Of a stretch of DNA of 64,000 nt, positions 20,547 through 31,591 are shown piece by piece. The DNA is taken from the NCBI GenBank assembly GCA_963770935.1, contig CAVYRJ010000016.1:32001-96000 (forward strand), written 5' to 3'. The notes beneath the pieces are model-generated. The model was not told where the DNA came from and ran no database searches. It was given only the letters and a program-made list of their open reading frames with translations. Origin of the DNA: Candidatus Bathyarchaeota archaeon (GTDB lineage Archaea > Thermoproteota > Bathyarchaeia > Bathyarchaeales > Bathycorpusculaceae). Position 1 is the first letter of the stretch. Each line of letters begins with the position of its first letter. The position numbers and the translations under genes were made by a program.

Positions 20547-21211
20547 TGCAACTGGGATTGCTCTTTGTTGATGAACTACGTGGATTCTACAAGTCTAAAG
20601 TGATGATTTTCCTATGGATAGGTTTACCCGTTATTGCGTTGCTGTTTCGCTTCATTTCCGCCGAAAGTTCAGGACAGACAATTCCCTTCACCCTTATTTC
20701 TGCGTTGGTTGTCTCCAGTATCGGTGGCACTTTAGCTTCAGTTATGCTTGCAGTTTTCATAATCAACGAGAAAAACAGGCATGTCTACGATCTCTTCTTA
20801 ATTCGACCGCTAAAACGAAGAGATATCTTACTTGCAAAATTCTTCTCCGTGTACACCTGCGTTGCAATAGCAGCCTTCTTCGCAGTTTTGGCAGGAATAG
20901 TAACAGATTACGCCACAACAGGTGCATTGCCAACTACAATATTGACTAATGCAGGAGAGTCTTTAGCAACAAGCCTCTCCATGATTGCTGTTGCATGTTC
21001 AGCTGGCGTGCTCATCGGAGTCGCTGCACCATCCGTTCTCGTCGGAGCCATACTGGTTATTTACGGCGGAAACCAGATTTCAGTGATTCCGCTGGTGCCA
21101 ACTTTGCTGAACTTACCAGATGCAACAGTCTTCACAATTGTTCTGGCAGGTGCTGTAGCTTTAGGATTACTTGTGGCTGCGATAGCTTTGTTTAACCGAA
21201 AACAGTTTTAA
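20546..21211 (+). CDS. ABC-2 type permease
   Basis: About six hydrophobic segments, EKNRHVYDLFLIRPLKRRDILLAKF motif, coupled to ATPase. Confidence 0.85.
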   Translation: MQLGLLFVDELRGFYKSKVMIFLWIGLPVIALLFRFISAESSGQTIPFTLISALVVSSIGGTLASVMLAVFIINEKNRHVYDLFLIRPLKRRDILLAKFFSVYTCVAIAAFFAVLAGIVTDYATTGALPTTILTNAGESLATSLSMIAVACSAGVLIGVAAPSVLVGAILVIYGGNQISVIPLVPTLLNLPDATVFTIVLAGAVALGLLVAAIALFNRKQF

Positions 21212-21289
21212 TAGACAAACCAAGGTAGAATGTTTTAAGAAAAAAGAAAAATATGAAAAAGAAACGGAAAAGATTGGATGACTGCTTGG

Positions 21290-23746
21290 TTATTTGCGTT
21301 TCAGCATGTTTTCCAGGATTGGCTTGAGTTTGGCGTTTTCGGCTTGAATTTTCTCTTTACCCAGCGCCTTCATGTCAGCATCTATTTCTTTGATGACTTC
21401 AGAGTAGTGTATACCTTCTGCAGCTGAAACGTATTCAACTCGGAACCGCTCGGGGCTCATACCAAGCTTTGTAAGCATGCCTTTGAGTGCGTCGGTTCGG
21501 GCTTTCATCTTGTAGTTTCCGTTGATGTAGTGACAGTCGTAGGGTAAGTGGCATGCGCCAACCAAAACCATGCCAGCGCCAAGTCTCAGGGCTTCAAGAA
21601 CGAATTCTCTGGCTACTCTTCCACTGCACATGACGCGGATTGCTCTTACGCTGGCTGGGTAGTCACAGCGGCTGATGCCTGCAAGGTCTGCACCTGCATA
21701 ACTGCACCAGTTGCAAAGGATAGCAAGAATTTTTTCTTCAGGCTTCTCTTGGAGTGCTGCTCTGACTTGAGCCATGATTTGTGCGTCTGTGAAATGCATC
21801 TGGGTAATGGCGTGCTGGGGACATTCGGCAACGCATGTTCCGCAACCATGGCAGCTGGCGGTTATTATTTGCGCGGGTTGACCGGTTTCTTGTCTGATTG
21901 CGCCGTATGGACATTTGTCAACGCATATACCGCATTTTTTGCATTTTGCTTCGTCAACGATTGAGATTATTGGTTCTATCTTCCACTTTGGGTTTGCTGA
22001 TGACGGTTGCTGCTCGCGACGCCGCGCCGCTTCCTTGGGAAACACTGGCGGGAATATCCTTTAAACCTGCACATGCACCAGCGTAGAAGACACCGTCGGT
22101 GGGTGCGTCCATGGGTTTGAGTTTTGGGTGTGCTTCCATAAAGAAGCCGTCTGAACCCCGGGAGAGGTTAAGTATGCGTGCGATTTCTTCGGAGCCTTTT
22201 TTGGGTATGGCTGCAGTTGCAAGTACAACCATGTCGGCGTCCACTTCGATGGGCATTGGCCAAGCAGTGAATCCTCTGAGTGAACTGTTAAATTATGGGT
22301 TTTTGGGTCTTCATCGATGCGGCTTACTCGTCCACGGATAAAGTTTACACCTCTTTCCCGTGCACGATCATAGAATTCCTCGTAGCCTTTACCTGGGCTG
22401 CGTATGTCCATGTAGAAAACGTAGACTTCTATGTCTTCCTTATACTTCTCTTTAAGCTGAACCACATGCTTTAGCGTGTACATGCAACCGAAATTACAGC
22501 AATACGGGTAGTGGGTTTTGTCTCGGCTGCCGACGCATTGGATGAAAACGATTCTGTGTGGTTTTTGTCCGTCGGATTGGCGGATGACTTTGCCGCCTGT
22601 GGGACCAGCAGCCAGAATTAGTCGTTCGAACTCCATGCTTGTGATGACGTTGGGGTATTTCCCGTAGCCAAGCAGAGGCATATCGTATGGCAAGTAAACG
22701 TCAAAGCCCGTGGAAACAATGATTGCGCCAACATCAAAATCCACTTCTTCGGGTTTCTGGTTGAAGTCGATGGCTTGGCGTTCACCGCAAACCTCGGTGC
22801 ATTTGAAGCATTCAATACAGTAATCCTTGTTGATAGAGTAAATCAGCGGAACTGTTTGGTCGAAGGGCACTGATATGGCTTTGCGTGTACCCAGGTTCAT
22901 GTCCCATTCATTTGGGTACTCGATTGGGCAAGCCTCTTTGCATTCGCCGCAGCCCGTACATTTGTCTGTCAGGACGTAGCGTGGGTTTTTGCGGATTTTC
23001 ACCTTAAAGTTGCCGATGTAACCGTCAACTTTAACCAGTTCTGAGTTAGCGAAGATAGTGATGTTTGGGTGGCGTGCGCAATCCACCATTTTTGGTCCCT
23101 CAATACAAATGCTACAGTCCAAAGTTGGGAAGGTTTTGTCCAGCGCCGCCATGTGTCCGCCGATGCTCTGGGTGTTTTCAAGCATGTAGACTTTGTAGCC
23201 CATTTCAGCCAGATCCAAGGCTGCGTTCATGCCTGCGATTCCGCCGCCGATGATTAGCGCTTTGTTTGTGACTGGAACCTCAATTGTTTGAAGAGGCTGC
23301 ATTAGGCGTACTTTTGCAACTGCCATACGCACGCTGTCTTTGGCGCGTTCAGTTGCGGCGGCTGGATCACTTTGGTGGCACCAAGAAGCGAATTCACGGA
23401 TGTTTGCCATTTCATAAAGGAAAGGGTTTAAACCTGCTTCAGAAACCGTTCGCCTGAAAGTGGGTTCATGCATTCTGGGTGAGCATGCGGCGATGACAAC
23501 CCGGTTTAGTTTTTGTTCACGTATGGCTTTGCGGATTTCTTCCTGTCCAGGGTCCGCGCATGTGTAGCGGTTTTCTTTAACAAAAACCACGTCTGGAATG
23601 GTTTTGGCATATTCAGCTACCGCTTTAACGTCTACGGTGCCTGCGATGTTTAAACCGCAGTGGCAGACGAAAACTCCGACTCGCAATTCTTCTGGTTTGC
23701 AAGCGGATATTTCAGGTTGTTTTGGTGATGCTTGTGAGTTGCTCAT
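21290..23746 (-). CDS. hdrA: Heterodisulfide reductase subunit A fused to C-terminal MvhD domain; split by frameshifts near 22258 and 21985
   Basis: VGVFVCHCG, ACSPRMHE, GGGIAG FAD motif, KTFPTLDC, ferredoxin motifs, QCVGSRD; final segment CNWCSYAGADLAG..RVMCSGRV (MvhD); three overlapping ORFs continue each other. Confidence 0.9.
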
Positions 23747-24705
23747 TGGAAATTCTCCGTTTTCATTGCTTCAGCTTGGAATCTTTTTTCAACGACTTGG
23801 CGTCTATTCTGGGCAGCTTGAGCTTTTAGCTCCTTTGCCGCATCCGCAGGACTTGTTATACGCTCCAACGCCTTGTTCCATGTACCCGAATGAATAGGTG
23901 TATGAAGAACCTTGGTGCGCTTAACACATAATGCTTCGTCTATTGGACAAACGTTTTTGCATGCACCACAGTAAGTGCACAATCGCTCGTCAACATGGAC
24001 TTTTTTGTCTTCGCCAAGAACAAGCGCTCCTTGGATGGGACAAATGTCTAAGCAGTCGGTGCAGCCTTCAGGACATTTCTCTTGGTTTATAGCAATTTTT
24101 CCTTCGAAGGCTTTTTTGACTTTAATTGCGCCTGGAGCGCATTTGACTTCGCAGGCTTTACAAGTTGGGCAGTAATTTTTTTGGATGTCGAGACTGATTT
24201 GAACCCGTTTTTTCTCGTTTGGCGAAAGAGCCTGAAAATCTTGGATTGGTTTGCCGTCAAAACCAACTTTTGAGACTCTTATCAGTGAGAGCGGACATGC
24301 ATTTTCGCATTCGACACATTCCTTTTCGCATTTGCGGGTATCTACAGCTATGTCACGGACCAGCTGTGGATAGCTGTCTTTTTCTAGGATAGACAGGTCA
24401 TGTGCGTCGTTTAAGGTTACTTTGATAGCGCCATATGGACAGGTGACGTCGCAGATTCCGCAGAAGTTGCATTTTGCCAAGTCAACGTCAACCTTAGCTT
24501 TTTTTGCTTTTTCCCCTTGAAGTTTGGGCTGTTTTTGTGTTCTTATGGCTTCTTTAGGACAAGCTAGGGTGCATACTTGGCAACCTACACAGCGGTTCTT
24601 ATCAAGAGTTAATTTGTAATTCTTAACTTGTAAAATCCATTCTAACGTTAGAGCGTCTGCCGCATCTTTTTTTACAGTTTTTAACGGCATTATTTTATTC
24701 ACCAA
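23743..24705 (-). CDS. Polyferredoxin (FwdF/MvhB-like)
   Basis: About six CxxCxxCxxxC(P)-type motifs; stop overlaps the hdrA start. Confidence 0.9.
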   Translation of the reverse strand: MVNKIMPLKTVKKDAADALTLEWILQVKNYKLTLDKNRCVGCQVCTLACPKEAIRTQKQPKLQGEKAKKAKVDVDLAKCNFCGICDVTCPYGAIKVTLNDAHDLSILEKDSYPQLVRDIAVDTRKCEKECVECENACPLSLIRVSKVGFDGKPIQDFQALSPNEKKRVQISLDIQKNYCPTCKACEVKCAPGAIKVKKAFEGKIAINQEKCPEGCTDCLDICPIQGALVLGEDKKVHVDERLCTYCGACKNVCPIDEALCVKRTKVLHTPIHSGTWNKALERITSPADAAKELKAQAAQNRRQVVEKRFQAEAMKTENFQ

Positions 24706-24978
24706 GTGTATTTTAACGCGTGGAAATTGTCCTAAGCCTGATAGCTGATCAGAGTATTTGAATGAAGTTGTTTTGATATAAATATTGCTTGAAAAAACCC
24801 TGCTTATTTCAGTGACAAAAACAAACCAAGCTGTAACAGCAAACTATTTCTTAAGGTGAATCCCCGCTGATATAAAGAGTCAGTGACTATTGAACTTTGA
24901 TAGCTGAATAAACAACAGATATTCGATTGTTAATTAGTCAGAAAATAAAAATGGGGGAAGGTTAATTGGCGGTTGCTG

Positions 24979-27519
24979 CTATGGCCGTTTTCGAAGCATA
25001 ATTACTACTAATACGCCGACTAAGATTATCGCTACAAACAAACCGGCGGCAACTGGAACAAAATACGTGTCCGCAATGGATGCAGTCATCTGTGTAGGCT
25101 CAGCAGTAGGTTCTGGACCAGCGTTAACAGTGAAAGCGCTAACAGCATGAGAGGGCCAATATGATTCGGAACCGTCAAACACAGCTGTAACCGTGTACTT
25201 ACCCGGAATATCAGGAGCCCAGTCAAAGCTAAAGAATCCATCTGCATTAGTAGTGGTCTTACCGATCTCTCTATAATTGTTGTTCGCATCAAGTACAAAT
25301 AAGGATACGTCAACACCAACAACATCTGAAGGACGAGGCTTCTGCATATACACATGCTCCATCCACGCACTCATACTCTCGTCAGAAACTGCGGGAACAC
25401 CGTTTGGAAAACGAGCGGCCTGCTCTTTCTGTCTTGTGCCAGCTGCGATGTCAGTCACTGTGCCTCTGATAACTATTGGTTTGCCCAGCTCGTTGGAAGT
25501 CATCGGGGCTTCTACAGTAGTAGCACTTGGACCCTTGCCGATACCGTATATTTGCATGTCGTATAAGTTGAGGAATGTTAAGATGCCATCTGCAACAGCG
25601 CATGCTGCTCCCGCTGCCTGAAATCCGCTCATCCAGCCCATCATAGTCCATATTTCCTCGCCTGTGGTAGCGTTAATAGCGCGTACTTTTGCACCCTTGT
25701 ATGGTGGTGCGTTGGGAGAGTGCTCGCTTGTGAATGCGTAGACTTTTCCGTCAGCAATAGCGGCCATTCCAATGGGCCAATTAGGCCAAACTGCTGCTAA
25801 ACCAACCGCGGTATTGTTATAAGACCATAGTAGGTTTCCAGTTGTCATAGAATAGCATCGGACTATTCCACCGTAGCTAGCTGTGTAAAGATTGCCGTAA
25901 GCTTCCATGACTTCATTTGCCCCGAACTTTTGATAATAGTCTAATGGAGATTCAGAAGGAGTTGGTCCCCACACTTGGCTGCCGTCGTCGATGCTGATGC
26001 CCCAGTACCGCATGGTCTCTCTTTCATATATTGCCAGGACGCGTGCCGTTGGACTCACTGGTCCCATCAGTATGCTAGTGTTTCCAACTGGAGCTGGATA
26101 GTTTTTGATCCATAACAGTTGACCTCTTGAAGTTGGCTTATCACTTATCGCCCATAGCGTGTAAGGATCTGGAGTCCCAAAAGCCGGAGACATACCCGAA
26201 AATGTCGAGCTTCTGCCAACTATTATATCATTTGGGATGACTTTGATTATGGCTGGAGCCGCTGATCCCGGCAATGCAGGTATTGTAACGTTCCACGAAT
26301 AAGCAGTACTCGCATTGATAGATTTGCCTACAGGTCTCCATTGCCAACCACTGGTTCCAGTTGGTCCTGCCAGTTCTGAAGGTGATGCAGTATTGTTCCA
26401 CAACGCCAACCACCCAGACCCCGCCATTGCATTGTAGCTTAGCACATAACGTAGTATCTCTCCCTGTGAACCGTATACGGCGGTACCCGAAGGAACGCTT
26501 GTCATGCCAAACAACCAATCTCCAGTCAGAGGATCATATGCATCGCTCATGCTGCTTGTCCATAAGTAGCCGTTAGGGATGACACCGTGTTGGTTGGGTG
26601 ACTCGTAGTCAAAGAGTTGACCGAATCCAGGTTGGGTCATATTTTGCCAATATAGGGTTTCTCCAGTATGTAGATCTATACAGTTGTATCCTCCGCCTGC
26701 GGCGTTATTACTTTTTGGCAGGTTGTAGTAGAGTCTTCCGTACATGATTAGTGGATTAGTGAATCTGCCTTCGTATGACAATCCTGAGTAGTAGGTTACG
26801 CTTGGGGTACTGTAGTCTCCTCCAACAACGCCTCCGAATTGAAACGGCTTTGTCCATATTATGTGTGGGCTGTTAGGCGCTGTGCCATCAGGTTGGAGTT
26901 TCCCGACAATTTGGGGGCTCCCCAGCCAGTTTGATGCAATGTTTGCCCATTCGGTGTTCTGTCCTTCTATTGGACGGGTCCAGTAGTCGGTTGGAAGCGG
27001 ATAGCTTTGGGGCTCAGGCAGTGGTTCTTGCTGTACAGTAAGTGTTGCCATTGCGCTGCTGGCTAGAAAAGTATCGTTGACGTAGACGCTGTCGGTGCCA
27101 ATTAGTCCTGTGGGGCCAGCTAGGGTTGCTACTTGTTCTGGAAATGTGAACTCAAAAGAGTACGTGCCAACTGCGGTAGGCGTGTAGGTAGCAAAGCCTC
27201 CACCTATTGGATCGGACGTAAATGTTCCCAACGTAGATTTGGATCCGTCAGGTTTTGTAACCTCTACTTTAAGGTTATCCCATCTGTCACCGAGAGCGCC
27301 GTTACCGCTTGGCGGCATCTTGTCGATCCAAAAGATGACATACACGTTTTGTCCAACACCTACAGGATTTGGTGAGACAACAATATAGGAAAATGTTGGA
27401 ATCTTCCATGCTGGAACATGTGCGTTAGCGTTTGGCAAAGCAAAGATCGTAACGGAAATTGTTAGCACCAGAAACAAAGCAAATGCAGTAGCTTTAGTTT
27501 TGTTTTTAGAGTTTTTCAT
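24979..27519 (-). CDS. Secreted, C-terminally anchored PQQ-like beta-propeller repeat protein
   Basis: Signal peptide, repeated 'D..TG..LW' propeller motifs, Ig-like end domains, TM anchor ending RKRP. Confidence 0.85.
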   Translation of the reverse strand: MKNSKNKTKATAFALFLVLTISVTIFALPNANAHVPAWKIPTFSYIVVSPNPVGVGQNVYVIFWIDKMPPSGNGALGDRWDNLKVEVTKPDGSKSTLGTFTSDPIGGGFATYTPTAVGTYSFEFTFPEQVATLAGPTGLIGTDSVYVNDTFLASSAMATLTVQQEPLPEPQSYPLPTDYWTRPIEGQNTEWANIASNWLGSPQIVGKLQPDGTAPNSPHIIWTKPFQFGGVVGGDYSTPSVTYYSGLSYEGRFTNPLIMYGRLYYNLPKSNNAAGGGYNCIDLHTGETLYWQNMTQPGFGQLFDYESPNQHGVIPNGYLWTSSMSDAYDPLTGDWLFGMTSVPSGTAVYGSQGEILRYVLSYNAMAGSGWLALWNNTASPSELAGPTGTSGWQWRPVGKSINASTAYSWNVTIPALPGSAAPAIIKVIPNDIIVGRSSTFSGMSPAFGTPDPYTLWAISDKPTSRGQLLWIKNYPAPVGNTSILMGPVSPTARVLAIYERETMRYWGISIDDGSQVWGPTPSESPLDYYQKFGANEVMEAYGNLYTASYGGIVRCYSMTTGNLLWSYNNTAVGLAAVWPNWPIGMAAIADGKVYAFTSEHSPNAPPYKGAKVRAINATTGEEIWTMMGWMSGFQAAGAACAVADGILTFLNLYDMQIYGIGKGPSATTVEAPMTSNELGKPIVIRGTVTDIAAGTRQKEQAARFPNGVPAVSDESMSAWMEHVYMQKPRPSDVVGVDVSLFVLDANNNYREIGKTTTNADGFFSFDWAPDIPGKYTVTAVFDGSESYWPSHAVSAFTVNAGPEPTAEPTQMTASIADTYFVPVAAGLFVAIILVGVLVVIMLRKRP

Positions 27520-27779
27520 TTTCTTTTCTTCCTTTCTTTGCTGTTCTTACGTGAATAACGCAAGAACGCTATCTGCTAAATGTGACTACTGTTCCTATAA
27601 GACTTTCGAAAAGGGTAGTTTAGCGGATAATATCCAAATAGCCTTTTATAGAGCTTGCCGCGGCGACATAGTATTCCGTTTCCTTTTTAAGGAATCTGGC
27701 AATCAAATCACTGGCTAGCGAGCCTTATTTGAAAAACAAATTTCCGGTAATATTCTGCTCACCACTATTGAAGTTTGCC

Positions 27780-28457
27780 TTAGTTGGTTGCGATTCTTTG
27801 GTTTAAGGCTTTTTTCTTGAACATGGCAGATAGCGTTTTTACAATCGCGATGCTGAAGAGCACAAGATAAAACAGATGTGCCAAAGCTAAGAGTGGAACC
27901 GTGAGGAGTAATGAGTTGCTAAATGGGTAACCGATTGTGCTTGGTAGCAAAACTGTGGCTATTGGAATTATCAGAATCAAGTTTGTTTTGCTGCTTGTGA
28001 AAAAGGCTTTCCAGTCTCTTGTTTTGTACAGGACAAGGGTTGCTACAGAAAACAAGGTTAGTTCAAGAGCTATGTTTACTGGGCTGAAGATGCTTAGGAA
28101 GTAGGGAAATCCCGCCTCATGCAATCCAAACTGCCCAGTTGAAAGCGGCCAAAATAACTGAAGTTTTCCGCCTATCAAGAAGTCTCCCATCAACGGATGG
28201 GAAATCAACGCTAAAAAGTATGGGATTGCCTTTTTACGGTAGATAATGAAGATTGGAATGAAAGCCAGTGTTAAAACCACAATTGAATGTGTTGGTCCCC
28301 TATGCATTTCTGAACCAGTCAAAAAATCAAAGATGATATCTATGTCAGGCAAAATAGAGAGAACCAGCACTATTGGTATGTTTAGTTTTATGAGTAGCGC
28401 CCTAGAGGAGCCTTTCCCTAAGAGGTAAGCAATTGCCATGTGTCCGACAGCAAACAC
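27780..28457 (-). CDS. Membrane metal-dependent hydrolase (YdjM-like)
   Basis: GH, LPDID, HRGPTHS, SHPLMGD motifs; hydrophobic. Confidence 0.85.
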   Translation of the reverse strand: MFAVGHMAIAYLLGKGSSRALLIKLNIPIVLVLSILPDIDIIFDFLTGSEMHRGPTHSIVVLTLAFIPIFIIYRKKAIPYFLALISHPLMGDFLIGGKLQLFWPLSTGQFGLHEAGFPYFLSIFSPVNIALELTLFSVATLVLYKTRDWKAFFTSSKTNLILIIPIATVLLPSTIGYPFSNSLLLTVPLLALAHLFYLVLFSIAIVKTLSAMFKKKALNQRIATN

Positions 28458-28640
28458 GCAGATTTCCTCCTTTTGACTCAGACAGTTCTGTTTGCTTGGC
28501 TATTAAGCATATAGGTTAGGTTAATTTTTTAGGAGAATGCTAACGGCAACTAAGGGCTGGCAGGATAACACATAATTTTTCATGCGGAATAATTGTTAAA
28601 TAACCCTATACTTAAGAAGTGAATACACAAGGGTAGTATA

Positions 28641-29093
28641 TTGGCAGTTGCTGAAGATTCAAATAAAGAATTCGGTTCTAAAGATTACAAGGCAAGAGTT
28701 GCAGCCCAAAAGCAATTAATTGAAGAGCTTAAGGCGCAGTGGAAGCTTTTGTGGAGTGAACGCTTTGATGATAGGGTTCGAGCTGAGGGAGTGTCAGTTA
28801 ACGATTACGCAATTTTAGACGTGGAGAAGGGAACAATCATTCACGCAACCAAGGATTTTAAGATCCTAAACCTCAAGCAAATTTTGGAAAAGTACAAAAT
28901 TGAAAACCCAGACCGCTACGTTCAGCCAGACGTCAACGTTGGCGGCTGGAATAAGTTCATAAAAACAGAAATAACCAACAAATCCGCAAGGGGATCTCGT
29001 GCCGCTGCATATCTTGCTAATAGTGTTCCCGCAAAAAAGGGATCTAGACGGCAACCTAAGAAAGGTGGACGTGGTTGGCTTCATGTCACTTAA
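28641..29093 (+). CDS. Hypothetical protein
   Basis: 150-aa ORF with TATA-like TTAAATA upstream, basic C-terminus. Confidence 0.7.
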   Translation: MAVAEDSNKEFGSKDYKARVAAQKQLIEELKAQWKLLWSERFDDRVRAEGVSVNDYAILDVEKGTIIHATKDFKILNLKQILEKYKIENPDRYVQPDVNVGGWNKFIKTEITNKSARGSRAAAYLANSVPAKKGSRRQPKKGGRGWLHVT

Positions 29094-29521
29094 CAAAATT
29101 AGTTTTCGCTTAAAGCTCGTTATTTTAAGTTAGACACAGGATGAGGTAGGTACCGAAGGCATTTTTTTCCTGCTTTGCTGTGTGGCACAAGTTTTAATTC
29201 ATATCAAAATGACTTTGTTTCAAGATGAAATAGCGTTCATGGAAGCGCAAGACGGTTGATAGAGAATAACTAATTATGGGGCTAAAAGACAAACTCTTTG
29301 ATGATAGAGATTTTGAATGTTTCTTGTTGTACAGCGCATATACTGCAAGCTTTGAGGCTTTACTCGCAAAAAAGATTAAGTTGCAGATACATTTTTGTAT
29401 TAATTTTGTGAATTTTGATGTATTGCTGCATATCTGTTGATATAGGTCACCATTGAGAATGAATAACTGAATGGTTCACTATATCTTTTTGAGGAAAGAT
29501 CAATTAGGAAGCGGATGAGCC

Positions 29522-29860
29522 ATGGTTAAGAAAGAAGTTTTACTATGTGCTGCAATTATTTTGATGGGAACTCTGGATTGGCTGATAACTTTGGTGGGGA
29601 TAGTGTTTTTTGGGGCAACAGAAACCAATCCTCTGCTTGCCAGCTTGACTCAATCAAATATGTTTCTATTCAGCGGTGTTAAACTAACAGCGATAACGCT
29701 GACTGGACTATTATTCTATAGAGCCGAAACCAAAACCAACTGCACCAGCCAAATTTCGCCTTTTGCAAAAAAATTTCTAAATTCAGGGTACATCATATCC
29801 CTCTTTACGCTAATGGCTGTTGTATTAAACAATTTTGTTGCTATCGTTAAAGTGGCGTAA
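29522..29860 (+). CDS. Small membrane protein (DUF5658-like)
   Basis: LD..T..G....ETNPLL....K pattern, three TM segments. Confidence 0.7.
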   Translation: MVKKEVLLCAAIILMGTLDWLITLVGIVFFGATETNPLLASLTQSNMFLFSGVKLTAITLTGLLFYRAETKTNCTSQISPFAKKFLNSGYIISLFTLMAVVLNNFVAIVKVA

Positions 29861-29915
29861 ATACTGGTTGCTGAAAAAAGATTTGATGTAGAATAGAGGC
29901 AAAAAAAGTTGGGAT

Positions 29916-30374
29916 TTAGTTAGTGCCGGTGATGTTAATTTGGACGCTAAAGTTTGTGACGTCAGCTATGGTTGGAGATACCGAAAGAGTGAAGGTTGCT
30001 GCAACTGATTGTCCTGGTTGAAGTCTTGCTCCTTCTTGGCTCCATGTCAGGGTTATAGGTTCTTCTGCTCCTGCAGGAGTCCAGTTACTTGTTTCCATGC
30101 TTAGAGTAAGAGCAAGGCCACTGCCAGTGTTTTTTACATAGATTGTTCGAGTGATGTTTCCTCCTGCTGTTAAGGTTCCCCAATTTATGGAACTCAAAGA
30201 AGTAGTGCAAGCACTGTTTGAAAATACACCCAGATTTGCAGATGTGGTTACTTGTCCGCTAGATGATAGGCTTTGGCTTGTGGTTATGGCTGCAAAGGTT
30301 GTGAATGTTAGAGCGACTGCAATTAAAACTAAAATTATTACTGATGCTGTTACAGAGAGTTTTATTTTTGGCAT
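29916..30374 (-). CDS. Secreted Ser/Thr-rich beta-sandwich protein (TasA/pilin-like candidate)
   Basis: Hydrophobic signal ending TTFA, INWGTLTAGG..TIYVKNTG, LQPGQSV. Confidence 0.75.
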   Translation of the reverse strand: MPKIKLSVTASVIILVLIAVALTFTTFAAITTSQSLSSSGQVTTSANLGVFSNSACTTSLSSINWGTLTAGGNITRTIYVKNTGSGLALTLSMETSNWTPAGAEEPITLTWSQEGARLQPGQSVAATFTLSVSPTIADVTNFSVQINITGTN

Positions 30375-30880
30375 ATTTTGTCCCCCGTAAATACCACGTG
30401 TATCTTAAGTCTTAATAAATATTATTATCGTGTGTTTGCACTGTGCACTTGAACAACACGCCTACATAATTCAGCTATTTCCCATAAAACCACTCACAAG
30501 TTGAACGGCATGCATCAACCACAATATCAATATTGGATTGTCTTTCGTTCCCTTATTTTTGAATGAAAAAGTTCGGACAGTCCTCAAAATCGGATATAAA
30601 CCAAAAATTTCCAATTACAGTCGCAACTAGCAATTAATAAACAACTCAAAAAACACTAAAAAGAAATACCGTTTGGCCTACAAAAGTTGACTCTTTAAGG
30701 TTCTGCCAGAAGCAACCAAAACAGGCTTGACTTCGAAGTCAGTCTGTTGAAAAACAGCAAAAAAAGTTATCAAAACTGATGTATTGCAGTTTTTGACATG
30801 TTGTTTTTTTCGCAACGTTGCTTTTATAGCGTGTAACAACATTTACGATTAACGATTAAAGAAAGGATGAGGTTAAGGAT

Positions 30881-31591
30881 TTGACGGTTCTAATTCAACG
30901 GATTGAAGCACGTGAATCAGCGCAGTTAATTATTGCAGCATTAAATGAAGCGCCAGGAATAGGTCTCACTATCACCGAGATGAAGGACACTCTTGGCGAA
31001 ATTCCAGTATTAGTCGTGGATGGCAAAAGCAGTGACCGAACAGTTGAGGTAGCTAAGAATTTAGGGGCAAAAGTTGTTTATCAAGATGGAAAAGGCAAAG
31101 GCGATGCTTTAGCCAAATCTCTTGAAAACGTAGACCCAAACGTAAACTACATCATTCTTACTGACGCCGACTACACTTATCCCGCTGAATATGTTCCAGC
31201 GATGATAAGGATTCTCGATGAAAATCCGCTTGTCGGCATGGTGTGTGGCAACAGACTCAGCGGAAACATTGACAAAAAAGCATTACATAATATTTTCCAC
31301 ATAGGCAATCAACTACTAGCATGGGCTCATAAAATGCTAAACGGAGTGCCACTTCAAGACCCATTAACAGGACTACGAGTAATACGAACAGACATTTTGA
31401 AGGGGTGGGTTATAAAATCCAAAGGATTTGATATCGAAGTCGAATTAAACCAAATGGTGGAACGACGAGGCTTTGAGATTGCAGAAATACCTATTGCTTA
31501 TAGAGCACGCTTAGGCCAGAAAAAATTGAAAGTAAAACATGGCATCACAATACTCAAAAGAATACTGCTCGAAACAACCTTCAAGAATTGA
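30881..31591 (+). CDS. Glycosyltransferase family 2 (Dol-P-sugar synthase-like)
   Basis: ALNEA, VVDGKSSDRT, GKGDA, DADYTY, GNR, FDIEVEL. Confidence 0.92.
   Translation: MTVLIQRIEARESAQLIIAALNEAPGIGLTITEMKDTLGEIPVLVVDGKSSDRTVEVAKNLGAKVVYQDGKGKGDALAKSLENVDPNVNYIILTDADYTYPAEYVPAMIRILDENPLVGMVCGNRLSGNIDKKALHNIFHIGNQLLAWAHKMLNGVPLQDPLTGLRVIRTDILKGWVIKSKGFDIEVELNQMVERRGFEIAEIPIAYRARLGQKKLKVKHGITILKRILLETTFKN

Noticed and set aside
21985-22260. Programmed frameshifting or selenocysteine recoding in hdrA
   Set aside because: No in-frame TGA at Cys positions, no convincing slippery site, and similar indels occur throughout the window
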